The notes below the pieces were generated by a model. It was not told where the DNA came from. It searched no databases and saw only the letters and a list, made by a program, of their open reading frames with translations. The position numbers were made by a program, and so were the translations under genes. A stretch of DNA of 64,000 nucleotides from Promethearchaeati archaeon SRVP18_Atabeyarchaeia-1. GTDB lineage: Archaea; Asgardarchaeota; Atabeyarchaeia; Atabeyarchaeales; Atabeyarchaeaceae. This document shows, piece after piece, positions 45,632 to 55,560 of the stretch. The stretch spans positions 32,001 to 96,000 of the forward strand of contig CP147779.1 in the NCBI GenBank assembly GCA_037308085.1, read 5' to 3'. The first letter of the stretch is position 1. Each line of letters begins with the position of its first letter.

Positions 45632-47434
45632 ATGAACAATAAAGAGACTGAGAGCACTCAAGGAAAAAAGGTCATTGTCAGTCTAGATGAAAAAGAGAGA
45701 ATCACCGTTGACCGCGAGAACAATCCGAAGGAGATCTCAATCAACGGGGTTCTGAGCATTAACAATACGAGTGACAGTTACAGGATCTATAATACTTACC
45801 TGCCAGTGAGCAACCACGGGATTACCGATGTTTCCGAAGGACGATATCCAGTAGGTGAAATCGGTCCCAAGAAAGCATGGAAGAAAGATTATGTCGCCAC
45901 AACCGAGACTCCTACACTATCCCTTGAGGAGTTAATTGACACAAACTATGGAGAAGAGGCCAGTCAGCCCCACAGAGCATTCTATGTCGATAAAGAGAAT
46001 CCCACCATAATCAAGATATCCCTGAGGAACAATTTTGACCGTGACGTCTCTGCCATCACCCTAAAGAAGACTCTTCCTGCCGACTTGTCTGACGTTGAAT
46101 CTACCGCGGGATCAGGAGAAGTTGAAGTTGATGAAGGCAACAAGACCGTCAAATGGACTCTTGAATCTATGCAACCGAACGAGGAAGCCATGCTAACTCT
46201 CAAGGGAATACTTAGGCCAAGCAGTTCCGAGCCGATAAAATGTGGAGGCATGGAGGTTGCCTACAAAGTTGACGGTGGAGCCCGTTCAAATCTCGAGCTT
46301 GGACTTGAGTCTTTGACTAAGAGCCTCTCAAGTGTGAATATTAGCGAGACGGCATCAGCTGGGAAGTGGCTCTTCGAGATTTCCTTTGACAACAACACCG
46401 ACTTGGTCACCGTGCTAAATGAGTTCGCCATAAACGGCGGAGGCGAAACAATCGCCAAGTTCACGCCCAACGAGGAGATCCCAGCAGGAGAATCTTGGAA
46501 GCAGACCATAGAATTCGATTCAAGGGAAGTACCTGAACTTGAGAAGAGCATAAAATTCACGGTTGCCCACGAAGTTCACAAGTCAATCGATGGATTAATC
46601 ATCAGAGAAGATGATGTCATACCTGTTGGACAGATATCATGCGCCAAGCAGTTCGACCCCCCTGAGATACCAGCCTACGAAACCTATGAACTTAAGGCAC
46701 TATTGACTGCGGAGAACGCGGGGTCTGTCGAATTCGACTCTTTGAAATTCGTAGACATGCTGCCGAAAGATTTCAAGCCACCCAAGGCCGAGGACGTGAA
46801 AGCGAATTTGGGAGGCGGCAACGTCGATTGTGAAGTGGAGATCGAACCCCAAGATGAGGATCATGGAAAGGAGCACACGTTGACAATTACGGTCCCAGAT
46901 ATTCTGGATAAGAAGGGAGGCTTACCGCCAGGGGACAAGCTAATCGTCGAGTACCCGATCACAGCCGTTGGTGCAAGGCCTCCTTCCGAAACGAAGTATC
47001 CTGCTCCTCTACACGTCACCGCTTTCTGTCGTCCCCCGGGATTGGGAACAGACTCGACTACGCCACCCAATACACCTGAAATAGTAGTCAAGTATGTCAA
47101 GAGGGTACTGACAGGAGGCACTGGATTCGAGAGCGTCGAAGCAGGCGTCTATGAGATCACCATACAGGTAAACAACAAGGGAGAAGCAGCTTTGGAGAAC
47201 GTCGCTGTCGAGCACTGGATCCCACCTGACTTTGAATTCGTCGAGTATAGCCCGAAGAGAATAGTAATGGAAGAGGAAGAAGCTGCGGATGGAAGGAAAG
47301 TGAAATTCATTATTCCAAGGATGAACAAGGGAGCTGGTGAAACGATAACCTACAGAGTCAAGGGAAGACAGGACGCTCACTACTCACAAACCGAAGCCAA
47401 GTTTAGAGTCCTAGGTCCGCACAAGAAGGAATAA
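45632..47434 (+). CDS. beta-sandwich protein with N-terminal mu-adaptin/delta-COP homology (MHD)-like domain
   Basis: VIVSLDEKERITVDRENNPKEISINGVLSINN and ITLKKTLP...SGEVEVDEGNKTVKWTLESMQPNEEAMLTL patterns; acidic, no signal peptide or TM; start after GAGGATG (ORF track 45473). Confidence 0.6.
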   Translation: MNNKETESTQGKKVIVSLDEKERITVDRENNPKEISINGVLSINNTSDSYRIYNTYLPVSNHGITDVSEGRYPVGEIGPKKAWKKDYVATTETPTLSLEELIDTNYGEEASQPHRAFYVDKENPTIIKISLRNNFDRDVSAITLKKTLPADLSDVESTAGSGEVEVDEGNKTVKWTLESMQPNEEAMLTLKGILRPSSSEPIKCGGMEVAYKVDGGARSNLELGLESLTKSLSSVNISETASAGKWLFEISFDNNTDLVTVLNEFAINGGGETIAKFTPNEEIPAGESWKQTIEFDSREVPELEKSIKFTVAHEVHKSIDGLIIREDDVIPVGQISCAKQFDPPEIPAYETYELKALLTAENAGSVEFDSLKFVDMLPKDFKPPKAEDVKANLGGGNVDCEVEIEPQDEDHGKEHTLTITVPDILDKKGGLPPGDKLIVEYPITAVGARPPSETKYPAPLHVTAFCRPPGLGTDSTTPPNTPEIVVKYVKRVLTGGTGFESVEAGVYEITIQVNNKGEAALENVAVEHWIPPDFEFVEYSPKRIVMEEEEAADGRKVKFIIPRMNKGAGETITYRVKGRQDAHYSQTEAKFRVLGPHKKE

Positions 47435-47509
47435 GATGGGGTTATATACTGCCCCGTCTTCCACAGTTCTATCGCTGATGTTGTGAGTCAATGGAGGAAG
47501 CAAGATACA

Positions 47510-48547
47510 ATGGATTTTCTAACCTTGATTTCTAAAGGAGTAATTCCGATTATCGACTTCAAGTCTGTCAAGGGTGACGTGAAGCCGTTCCTAGCTAAGT
47601 ATGGAGGGCATGTTAACGCAATAGGCATCGTAGCCAAGGACGATACGGGTCGCGCATTCTTCCAGACCAGTGTAATGCCTCCAGGGTCGCCTGAACAGAT
47701 CAAGTTTCTGCCATCGGCCGCGGAGTTGTTCCACTCAATAGGCATCAAAGTCTACGCCATTGTTAGTTCTTACCTGGACTCAAGGGTCGCCCGAGATCCT
47801 CGGCTGAGAACGGTGAATCGGTTCGGGAAGCACAATGATAAGTTCGCCTGCCCGACCAACGTGACCAATCAGAACAATACTGCCAAACTTCTCGGAGAGT
47901 TGGCATCCGCTAAGTTGGTTGACGACATAATCGTGGTTGACAACGGATATGTGAGAAAAGACTACTGTTTCTGTGACACTTGCCAGAAGGAGTTCGCGCA
48001 GAAGAAGCAACTGCCTCTGCCAATAACAATGGACATCTTGAACTCAAAACCAGGCCTGGTGGATGACTGGATCATGTGGCGAGCAGAAGTCATAAACGCT
48101 TCGCTGGACAGTTTCTCGAAGCAGGTGATGGAGGCGGCCTCAAAGGTTCAGCATGAAGTCAAATTCTATGGCTCAGTCGACATGGATGAGAGAACTAGAT
48201 TCATGCAGGGAGCATTTCAGAACTTCGGTCAGGAAGCCGAGGGCATAGCAAAGTTGACGAACGTTGCCATAAGAGTTCAGCCGTGGACCCCAATAATACC
48301 GCCGAGAGAGTCAAAGGAATATGGCAAGATGCTGAACGATCTCAGAACGATCTCAAATACACTAAATGACTACAACCACAAGGGATTGATTTTGGCCTGG
48401 AACATGGAAGACGAAGATGAGATAAGTATTGCGAAGGACATGGCGAAAGCCCTCTCGGGCAACGAGATACTGTCCTTCCAAGGGTTCCCTGCAAGCATTG
48501 GATCACAGCGAGATGCTCACTTGGGATTGGACCTAGAAGCCAGGTGA
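47510..48547 (+). CDS. putative glycoside hydrolase-like TIM barrel with CFCxxC
   Basis: HSIGIKVYA, FACPTN, YCFCDTCQKEF, WIMWR pattern of GHL/DUF187-like proteins. Confidence 0.6.
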   Translation: MDFLTLISKGVIPIIDFKSVKGDVKPFLAKYGGHVNAIGIVAKDDTGRAFFQTSVMPPGSPEQIKFLPSAAELFHSIGIKVYAIVSSYLDSRVARDPRLRTVNRFGKHNDKFACPTNVTNQNNTAKLLGELASAKLVDDIIVVDNGYVRKDYCFCDTCQKEFAQKKQLPLPITMDILNSKPGLVDDWIMWRAEVINASLDSFSKQVMEAASKVQHEVKFYGSVDMDERTRFMQGAFQNFGQEAEGIAKLTNVAIRVQPWTPIIPPRESKEYGKMLNDLRTISNTLNDYNHKGLILAWNMEDEDEISIAKDMAKALSGNEILSFQGFPASIGSQRDAHLGLDLEAR

Positions 48548-48569
48548 TAAAACTACCTTCAGACGCAGC

Positions 48570-49145
48570 TTATTTCTTGCCTTCCTCGGATTCTTTTTTC
48601 TTGCCTTTTCCAGTTGTCTCCCTTTCCAAGTGACTCATCTCAAATTGCATTCTTTTCTCGAGAACCTTGGCCTCGGTTTTCATCTCTCCTTCCTCTTTAG
48701 AAGGCAGTTCTCCCACGCGCCATACACCCTTGCTCTGCTCAGTATGGGGCTTCTTCAACAGAGCTTCGAGTTCTGCTAGATCCGCGCGAGTGGTGCTATC
48801 TGATCCAGTAAGTGATTCATCAATCTGAATGACCCTGCAATCCCGTCCTATTGGAAACGTTGCCCCTTTGGTCTTAAGTCCGAATGTCGGGATTGACTTG
48901 ACGTTTCTAATCGCACCCATCCTATTATTCAAGGAACTTTTTTTACCTAGCCAAAGATGGATTTTCTTCGCTGGTTCGTCGATTACGGCGACAACTCTGC
49001 TTGGTTCAATGATGTTGATTGACAACTCTGCCGGAATAAACTCCCCAGAGGAGTTCACGACAAATGAAGCGATATATTTCGCTGAACTCAACCGCGCCTC
49101 AATCCTCCCTACTGCTGGCACTGCCATTTGCCATCTGAATGGCAT
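48570..49145 (-). CDS. gelsolin-like domain protein
   Basis: IEPSRVVAVIDEPAKKIHLWLGKKSSLNNRMGA matches the gelsolin-repeat core (hhD...IxxWxG..SS..R..A); charged C-tail. Confidence 0.7.
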   Translation of the reverse strand: MPFRWQMAVPAVGRIEARLSSAKYIASFVVNSSGEFIPAELSINIIEPSRVVAVIDEPAKKIHLWLGKKSSLNNRMGAIRNVKSIPTFGLKTKGATFPIGRDCRVIQIDESLTGSDSTTRADLAELEALLKKPHTEQSKGVWRVGELPSKEEGEMKTEAKVLEKRMQFEMSHLERETTGKGKKKESEEGKK

Positions 49146-49199
49146 CAGCTGCCAGGAAACCTAGTGGACCGGCGACGCTCAGATCTAGTGGCGGTCGTA

Positions 49200-49760
49200 C
49201 TAGTTATCCAGTAGCAGGAATTTAAGGAGATCGCTCATGGTAGGCTTCGCCCCTGCCCCGCTGATCCCCTTTGTGTTCCATTCTTTAACCCTTTTCACGA
49301 AGGCGCGTCTCTGCGATTCCCTTTCAAGCACAGATCTCTCTAGTTCAGCGAAGTCGAAGCTTCTGGATCCACTTCCAAGCCCCTTACAGAAGGAGCGGGC
49401 TTCTTCATTAACATCGAATACAACCTTTCCCCGCTTTTCGATGCTGTACTCAAAAGGAAATGGGCGACAAACAGACGGTCTCGATCTGTAGATGCTGCAA
49501 CTATTGTTATTCAGGAACATGCAACCGTCATTCCGCTCTGGCAATACCAAAACGAAGTTGTTCCTGTCTTTGAATCTTATTTTGGGGGAGTCCTTGTACG
49601 TTCGAATGACGCTATCGTCAGGTTCAATTAGTGTTAAGAACTCCTCTGGGCTCATACCCGTGAGCCCAGTGATACGATGGACATCTGCCGGCGTGACAGC
49701 TATCATATATCTTCTGCAGCATTCGCCACACATTTGACAGTCGAAACTCGTCTTCTTCGT
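49200..49760 (-). CDS. YkgJ family cysteine-cluster protein
   Basis: FDCQMCGECC, GCMFL, CSIYRSRPSVCRPFPF, CKGLG; first Cys lies upstream of ATG 49733, start placed at ACG 49760 after GGAGGT. Confidence 0.85.
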   Translation of the reverse strand, partial: TKKTSFDCQMCGECCRRYMIAVTPADVHRITGLTGMSPEEFLTLIEPDDSVIRTYKDSPKIRFKDRNNFVLVLPERNDGCMFLNNNSCSIYRSRPSVCRPFPFEYSIEKRGKVVFDVNEEARSFCKGLGSGSRSFDFAELERSVLERESQRRAFVKRVKEWNTKGISGAGAKPTMSDLLKFLLLDN

Positions 49761-49840
49761 TTTGGTACCTCCAACAAAAACGTTTAAGTTTCACGTAAGT
49801 TCAATATATCCAAGAAACTCCGCCACTCCGAGATGAGGGT

Positions 49841-52090
49841 TTGACAATGACCTCAGGTGAACTCGTTGCCTCAATCCTTCTGAATCTGATCCCTGTGTTC
49901 GCGGTACTGCTTTTCTATCCTATCATACGCAAGCCCTTGTGGCGGAGATTGTATATTAGGCTCGGGTTGTGCTTCACCGCGTTTTGGTTAGGGTACTTTG
50001 TACTCCCTGTCCTGCTTTTCGGGCTTAGTGCCCCATCTGAAGCGGCGTTTGACTTAACAGGAGTATATAACCCTTGGCTATCAGCCCTAGGTTACTATAT
50101 AACTGTGTTTCTTAATCTTGTTGCCATATTCATAAGAACAGCCTTGTTTGTGATGCCCTTTGCGTTTCTCTTTGCCCCCTTGATATCCATTGTCATAATC
50201 TCTCTGTACTTGAGGGGCGAGAAGACCTCGTTCAGAGCTAAGATGGATGAGATAAGCTACCGGTACGAAGCAAGCCCGATTCAGAAGGTTCGGGAACGCC
50301 TCCTTGAGAACGCCTGGAAGGAAGAGAAAGAACTGTTCAAGTTGATGATCGTATTTCTGCCGATCTCGCTCTATGTTCTTACGTTGGTGCTCACAGCGTT
50401 CAGTGTCGAAGTGTCTGCTACGACAACTTTAGGGATTGATGCTCAGCTCGCAGTATTCATAGAGGACTTGGTGGCTTACCTGGCGAGCTTTCTGGCAGCA
50501 GTCTATCTTCTTTACTCGTCGAAGCTCAGCTTCCGCGGGAGATCTCTAGGCGACAAAATCAGATTCTCGGTTAACAGGTTCCTTTTGAGGACGGGAACTA
50601 TTCTGGCGGTCTTCTCGATCCTCGCGTTTGTAGTGCAGTTCCATCAGTACCTAATTGGGTTGACCTACTTCGTCATACACTATGCCATGATGACCGTGAT
50701 CTTCGCGATTCTGTTGCCACTCTTCGAGCCTTTTGGTTCACTGGTTCTTGTCAAGATGATTGGCGCGATTGGAAGATTCAAGCCAAAGGAGAGAATAAGG
50801 AAGATCTTCAACCGCAGGACTGTGTTGGCTCTGGTTTCGGGTATAGCGGTGGCCAGCGCAGCATTGCTCATCCACCTTCTCATTTCAGCGGGCACGTCAC
50901 TTCTGGCGCCCCCTGAAAACTACTATCTTCTGCCCCAAATAGGAGGGTCTACCGTATCATTTTCCGATGAACTTCTCTTCATCAGACTATTCATGGTCTT
51001 CTCATTAGAGGACTTGGTGGAGTTGCTTCTCATAGCATTCATCCTCTTCTGGTTTGTGAGGCAGCAGGCCGCTCCAGTTTTTGAGACCGTCATGTTCACT
51101 GCAATCTTCTCGACGGTGTACTTTCTCGTTTCTGGAGTACAGATCGTCACCAGTCTGATTCCCACCGGGGTCGCGTATTACTGGGTCACTGGTATACCAG
51201 CTACGATGAGCGCTCCCAACTTCTTCCTCCAAGCCTCAAGACTCGGCACGCTCTACGCCAACGGCCCTCTCCTGACAGGTGGCGCCGGGCTTTTCATGTC
51301 TCTCTCACCCCTGCTGCTTCTGCTGTTCTTCGCCTACCTTAACATGTACGCGAGGAACCCGCCCATCGTCACAAAAGTCGTCGAAGAGGAGAACATAGTA
51401 GAGACGGCTTACTCGAACCTTTCCTCAGTACCCATTCTGGATGAGATGAGGCTTTCCCCAGAAGACTATGCGTTCAGCTATAATAAGGCAGGAAAACTCG
51501 GCAAATCGCTTGATGGACTTGCCACCGAGGCAAGAGAAGATGTTGAGAGAATCCTTGACATACTTAACAAGGGCGGACTTGTCAGCTTCCCCACAATAAT
51601 CAATGAAGCTAAGATCAAGGAAAAGCGGACCTACGAGATACTCAGATACCTCACATCCCAACAGATTGTTCTAGCCTATCAGGTAGAGATCAAATCTGTG
51701 AGCCATAACGCCACACCCCAGAGCCTCTTCGTAACAACAAGTGAAGGATTAGACGTATTCAACTATACCTTCGGCACACTGAAGATAGACCCAGCGCTAA
51801 TCTCAGGCATGCTGACGGCGATAATAAGCTTCGTGAAGGAAGCGACTAGATCCAGACAGTTTCTTAGAACGATCGAGCACGGAGATGTCGTTCTGGTCGT
51901 AGAGTACGGGAAACGTGTGTTCGGCACAATAGTCACTGATCAGGAGACCCCTGATCTGAGAATCAGACTGAGAAAGTTTCTGGACAAATTTGAAGAGAAG
52001 CATGCTGATATCCTTACAAAGTGGACCGGCCAGATACCAGATCCTGAGAAGGACAGAAAACTCGTGGAGTCAGTCTTCGAGCAATTCTAG
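49841..52090 (+). CDS. polytopic membrane protein fused to wHTH-like and C-terminal longin domain
   Basis: About 12 TM helices; GLVSFPTIINEAKIKEKRTYEILRYL; SLFVTTSEGLDVF...DPALISGMLTAIISFVKE...IEHGDVVLVVEYG...LRKFLDKFEEKH. Confidence 0.72.
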   Translation: MTMTSGELVASILLNLIPVFAVLLFYPIIRKPLWRRLYIRLGLCFTAFWLGYFVLPVLLFGLSAPSEAAFDLTGVYNPWLSALGYYITVFLNLVAIFIRTALFVMPFAFLFAPLISIVIISLYLRGEKTSFRAKMDEISYRYEASPIQKVRERLLENAWKEEKELFKLMIVFLPISLYVLTLVLTAFSVEVSATTTLGIDAQLAVFIEDLVAYLASFLAAVYLLYSSKLSFRGRSLGDKIRFSVNRFLLRTGTILAVFSILAFVVQFHQYLIGLTYFVIHYAMMTVIFAILLPLFEPFGSLVLVKMIGAIGRFKPKERIRKIFNRRTVLALVSGIAVASAALLIHLLISAGTSLLAPPENYYLLPQIGGSTVSFSDELLFIRLFMVFSLEDLVELLLIAFILFWFVRQQAAPVFETVMFTAIFSTVYFLVSGVQIVTSLIPTGVAYYWVTGIPATMSAPNFFLQASRLGTLYANGPLLTGGAGLFMSLSPLLLLLFFAYLNMYARNPPIVTKVVEEENIVETAYSNLSSVPILDEMRLSPEDYAFSYNKAGKLGKSLDGLATEAREDVERILDILNKGGLVSFPTIINEAKIKEKRTYEILRYLTSQQIVLAYQVEIKSVSHNATPQSLFVTTSEGLDVFNYTFGTLKIDPALISGMLTAIISFVKEATRSRQFLRTIEHGDVVLVVEYGKRVFGTIVTDQETPDLRIRLRKFLDKFEEKHADILTKWTGQIPDPEKDRKLVESVFEQF

Positions 52091-52131
52091 ATCTCCCGGC
52101 AAATTCCTACCCGCATGACTCCGGCGAGGCG

Positions 52132-53322
52132 GTGAATCGGAGAATGGAATCCCTACTAGATCTTGTGAAGAAACATGAAGAGTGGCGCGGAAGGCAAACG
52201 CTGAACCTCATCGCGTCCGAGAACGCTGCAAGCCCGCAGGTCCTAAGACTTCTGAGCACCGATCTCTCGAATCGGTACACTGCACCTGATGGATTCTACA
52301 TGGGTACGAGGTTCATTGATGAAATCACTGAACTAGCATCGAGAGTAGCTAGGCAACTCTTCAGGACCGAATATGCCGATCTCCGTCCACTATCAGGGCA
52401 TATTGCCGACTGGATACTACTCTCCTGCTTCACTAGAGCTGGAGACAGCATATTGAGCGTATCACCAGAGCACGGGGGGTATCCCGGGATTAGCCATCAA
52501 GGCGTGACTAGCTTTATGCACCTAAGGAATCTCTACTATCCTTTCGACGAAGAGAAAATGAACCTAAAGGTAAATGAATCAGCAGAGCTGATTGAGAGAG
52601 AGAAGCCACGCCTTGTGATCTTCGGTGCGAGCTTCATACTGTTTCCAGCACCGGTAAGAGAGCTATCCAAGATCGCGAGCAACGTGGGCGCAGAGATCGC
52701 ATTCGACGGCGCGCATGTCCTTGGATTAATCGCAGGGGGAAAATTCCAGGATCCACTGCACGAAGGCGCAAACATCCTCATCGGTTCGACGCACAAGAGC
52801 CTCTTCGGACCTCAAGGTGGGTTAATTCTCAGTAACTCACCCCACGGGAAGACAATCAAGGAAGCCGTCTTCCCAAGCTTCGTTGACAATGCTCACTACA
52901 ATAGGATTGCCGCACTAGCCTTCGCTCTATGCGAATTGAAAACATTCGGAAAAGACTACGCGACACAAGTGATCAAGAACGCGAAAACCATGGGAAAGGC
53001 CCTGGACGAGAACGGCGTCCCAGTCAAATGCAGGGAATACGGCTACACAGAGTCTCATCAAGTACACCTGGACAACAGCAGAATTCCGAAAGGGCTAGAC
53101 CACACAAAGATCCTTGAAGACGCGAACATAATCGTTGACAGAGGAACAAGAATCGGAACATGTGAAGTCACACGCAGAGGCATGAAGCAAAGCGAAATGG
53201 AGAAGATAGCCGAGCTCATCGCCAGACTGCTAGTGAAGAGGGAGCCGTCGGGGCAAATCAAGAAGGAAGCTTCGAAGCTCAGGTCAGAATTCGAGACCTT
53301 GGAATATTGCTTCAAGGAATGA
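52132..53322 (+). CDS. glyA: serine hydroxymethyltransferase
   Basis: NLIASEN, DGAHVLGLIAGG, GSTHKSLFGPQGG, TESHQV, RIGTCEVTRRGM. Confidence 0.96.
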   Translation: MNRRMESLLDLVKKHEEWRGRQTLNLIASENAASPQVLRLLSTDLSNRYTAPDGFYMGTRFIDEITELASRVARQLFRTEYADLRPLSGHIADWILLSCFTRAGDSILSVSPEHGGYPGISHQGVTSFMHLRNLYYPFDEEKMNLKVNESAELIEREKPRLVIFGASFILFPAPVRELSKIASNVGAEIAFDGAHVLGLIAGGKFQDPLHEGANILIGSTHKSLFGPQGGLILSNSPHGKTIKEAVFPSFVDNAHYNRIAALAFALCELKTFGKDYATQVIKNAKTMGKALDENGVPVKCREYGYTESHQVHLDNSRIPKGLDHTKILEDANIIVDRGTRIGTCEVTRRGMKQSEMEKIAELIARLLVKREPSGQIKKEASKLRSEFETLEYCFKE

Positions 53323-53438
53323 TCGACACCTCTCTTCTAACCGATGCCTTTCCGACTCTCTTGCTGCCCAGTTTCCGTCCGCCCTTCAAATCAAGGAAAT
53401 AGGACTCTCCTGTCTGACTGCGAGCTTGGACATATCGA

Positions 53439-53540
53439 AAAGGTTACCCGAACGAAGACAGATGTATCCAAATGAGCCTCCTCCCATCTTTTTTGCGAAC
53501 ATCTCGTCATGGGGAAAATTGAAAACGAAACTTATCTATC
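53439..53540. repeat. degenerate about 100-bp direct repeat, copy 1
   Basis: AAAGGTTACCCGAACGAAGACAGATGTATCCAAATGAGCCTCC...ATCTATC aligns by eye to 54672-54773. Confidence 0.7.
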
Positions 53541-53773
53541 CCCACAATTCTTTCACTCTCGCGTGCAACGCGCTTTCAAGGTCATAGCGCACCGTTATTT
53601 GCCAGATAGAGGAATTAAGTTGCCTTCCCTCTCCTTTCTAGCGCGGAGTAGGTGAAGCAATATATAGCCTTGGGGCGCATATACGCGATTGGATCTTTGC
53701 CGGCGTGCGCTAACCTATTCATGCTGCTTGTTGAGTTCTTGTCAATGCCAAACTCGAAAAGGAAGTTACCTAT

Positions 53774-54412
53774 ATGAACGAAGAGCGCTCAAGCTTCAGG
53801 TCGAGGCCCCGCATACAGTCCCTTTCTGACCTTATCTTCGGCTTGGCCCTGTCAATAGGCGCCCTGACTCTAATAGGTCAGCAACCTACAGATTTCCAGA
53901 ATCTTCTCATGTCCTTAGGCTATTATGGCTTGAGCTTCCTCATCCTGATCACCGTGTGGCGAAACTATTCGAACACGATGGATCTGCTTCCTGTCGAGAA
54001 TGCAGGACTGGTTAGACTCAACATCGCGCTGCTCTTCCTCGTTTCAATCGAGCCCTACCTTTTCAGCCAGCTTTTTGTGTCCTCCACTTCAGCAATCAGG
54101 GAGAACGTGTCTGTCCTTTACGCAATTGATCTTGCAGGGTTGTACCTGATTCTGGCGTTCTTCAACCACTCTCTAGTCGACGAAAAGAAGAAGCTCGTTC
54201 CCGAAAGCCTTCTGCCGACATACAGACACTTCAGGAATATCGAGCTACTAGTTTCGGCCATCTTCCTCATATCCATAATACCAGTCTTCTGGTCCTTGGG
54301 CATATCGGTGGGCAATTCCTTCAATAACTTAAGGTTCATACTGTGGATTCTCACTCTGCTCCTAGGAGCGATCCCACATGGACGGCGCGCGCGGCAATCG
54401 AAGCATCAGTAG
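53774..54412 (+). CDS. TMEM175 family K+ channel
   Basis: RIQSLSDLIFGLALSI (RxxxxSD motif), YGLSFLILITVW, LNIALLFLVSIEP; about 6 TM. Confidence 0.85.
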   Translation: MNEERSSFRSRPRIQSLSDLIFGLALSIGALTLIGQQPTDFQNLLMSLGYYGLSFLILITVWRNYSNTMDLLPVENAGLVRLNIALLFLVSIEPYLFSQLFVSSTSAIRENVSVLYAIDLAGLYLILAFFNHSLVDEKKKLVPESLLPTYRHFRNIELLVSAIFLISIIPVFWSLGISVGNSFNNLRFILWILTLLLGAIPHGRRARQSKHQ

Positions 54413-54671
54413 AAAAAGTCTGATATCGCCAAAAACTTGACTCGAAATTGGCCAATGTTTCGCCTCAGTCGCTTCATCTAGTCTCAAATCAGGTTCACGT
54501 CTCGATGCCAGAAAGGCTTGTACTTTCGCTTTTGAAATCCTCCGTCATCTTATGTCACTCTGCTCCAGACAATGGCAATAGGCATCCACACGTCATAGCA
54601 GGATCTCATCTGACAGAACTGAGGCACAAGTCCTCAATTGCTCCACTTCTGTCAACACTTGGAAGAACAAG

Positions 54672-54773
54672 AAAGGTTACCTGAATGTAATCAGATGTAT
54701 CCAAACGAGTCTCCACCCACATCTTTACCTGCAGCACTTTCACGCGGGGAATTAGGAACGGATTGCATCTATC
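54672..54773. repeat. degenerate about 100-bp direct repeat, copy 2
   Basis: AAAGGTTACCTGAATGTAATCAGATGTATCCAAACGAGTCTCC...ATCTATC. Confidence 0.7.
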
Positions 54774-54845
54774 GCTTTGATGGTGTAACTCTAGCCCGCG
54801 CCCAACAATGTTAAATAGCGCCTCGCCCGAAATACAGCTTCAATT

Positions 54846-55433
54846 ATGCAGAATCAGAAGGGAGTGGGGAAAGACATGTGTGCGAACGCGCGTGAAACTA
54901 TAAGCAAGTCGGAAGAAAGATTCAATCAAAAGATAAAGAATCTGGAAATCTCATTACCTGCGTTGAAGAAAGGGGTGAATTGCGCCGAACTCACGCTCAC
55001 AAGTATTCTGGACATACTGGGAGTCGACAACATCCTCTTTCATAACGCTGCTATTCCCCTTGCTAGTGGGTTTGGCGGCTACAAGTCAAAGAAAGGATGG
55101 ATGGGCCCCTGTGGAGCCGTAAGCGGAGGCTGTGCAGCTATCGGCGTCATAATGGGCGGCAACAAAGAAACAACGAGATATCAAGACATGCCGGCAGTGT
55201 ATCTAACGGCTAAGAAATTCGCTCAGGATTTTGAGAAGGATTTCGGTTCTGTTGTATGCTCTGAGCTCTGCGGTTATGATTTAAGCGACCCCACTAATTT
55301 CCTGGCGTACCTGAGAGATGGCACATGGACAAAGAAATGCTATAAGTTCGTGGTCTGGTCAGTAGATGAGGTTGGAAAACTGACTAAGCGACACCTAGCA
55401 ACGAAATGGGGAATGCAAGAGGCAGAAAAGTGA
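54846..55433 (+). CDS. C-GCAxxG-C-C family putative redox protein
   Basis: NCAE, GFGG, GPCGAVSGG, FGSVVCSEL, KC. Confidence 0.88.
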   Translation: MQNQKGVGKDMCANARETISKSEERFNQKIKNLEISLPALKKGVNCAELTLTSILDILGVDNILFHNAAIPLASGFGGYKSKKGWMGPCGAVSGGCAAIGVIMGGNKETTRYQDMPAVYLTAKKFAQDFEKDFGSVVCSELCGYDLSDPTNFLAYLRDGTWTKKCYKFVVWSVDEVGKLTKRHLATKWGMQEAEK

Positions 55434-55560
55434 CATATCGACACTTGATACCGGCGTGCGCGCTAACTCAGAGAGTGCCAAGTCAACAAGTGGTTGGAAG
55501 ATGCAAAGAAACTAGGAATAGCCGACTCCAAAATCTGTGAGATAAAGAAGATGCTCACAG

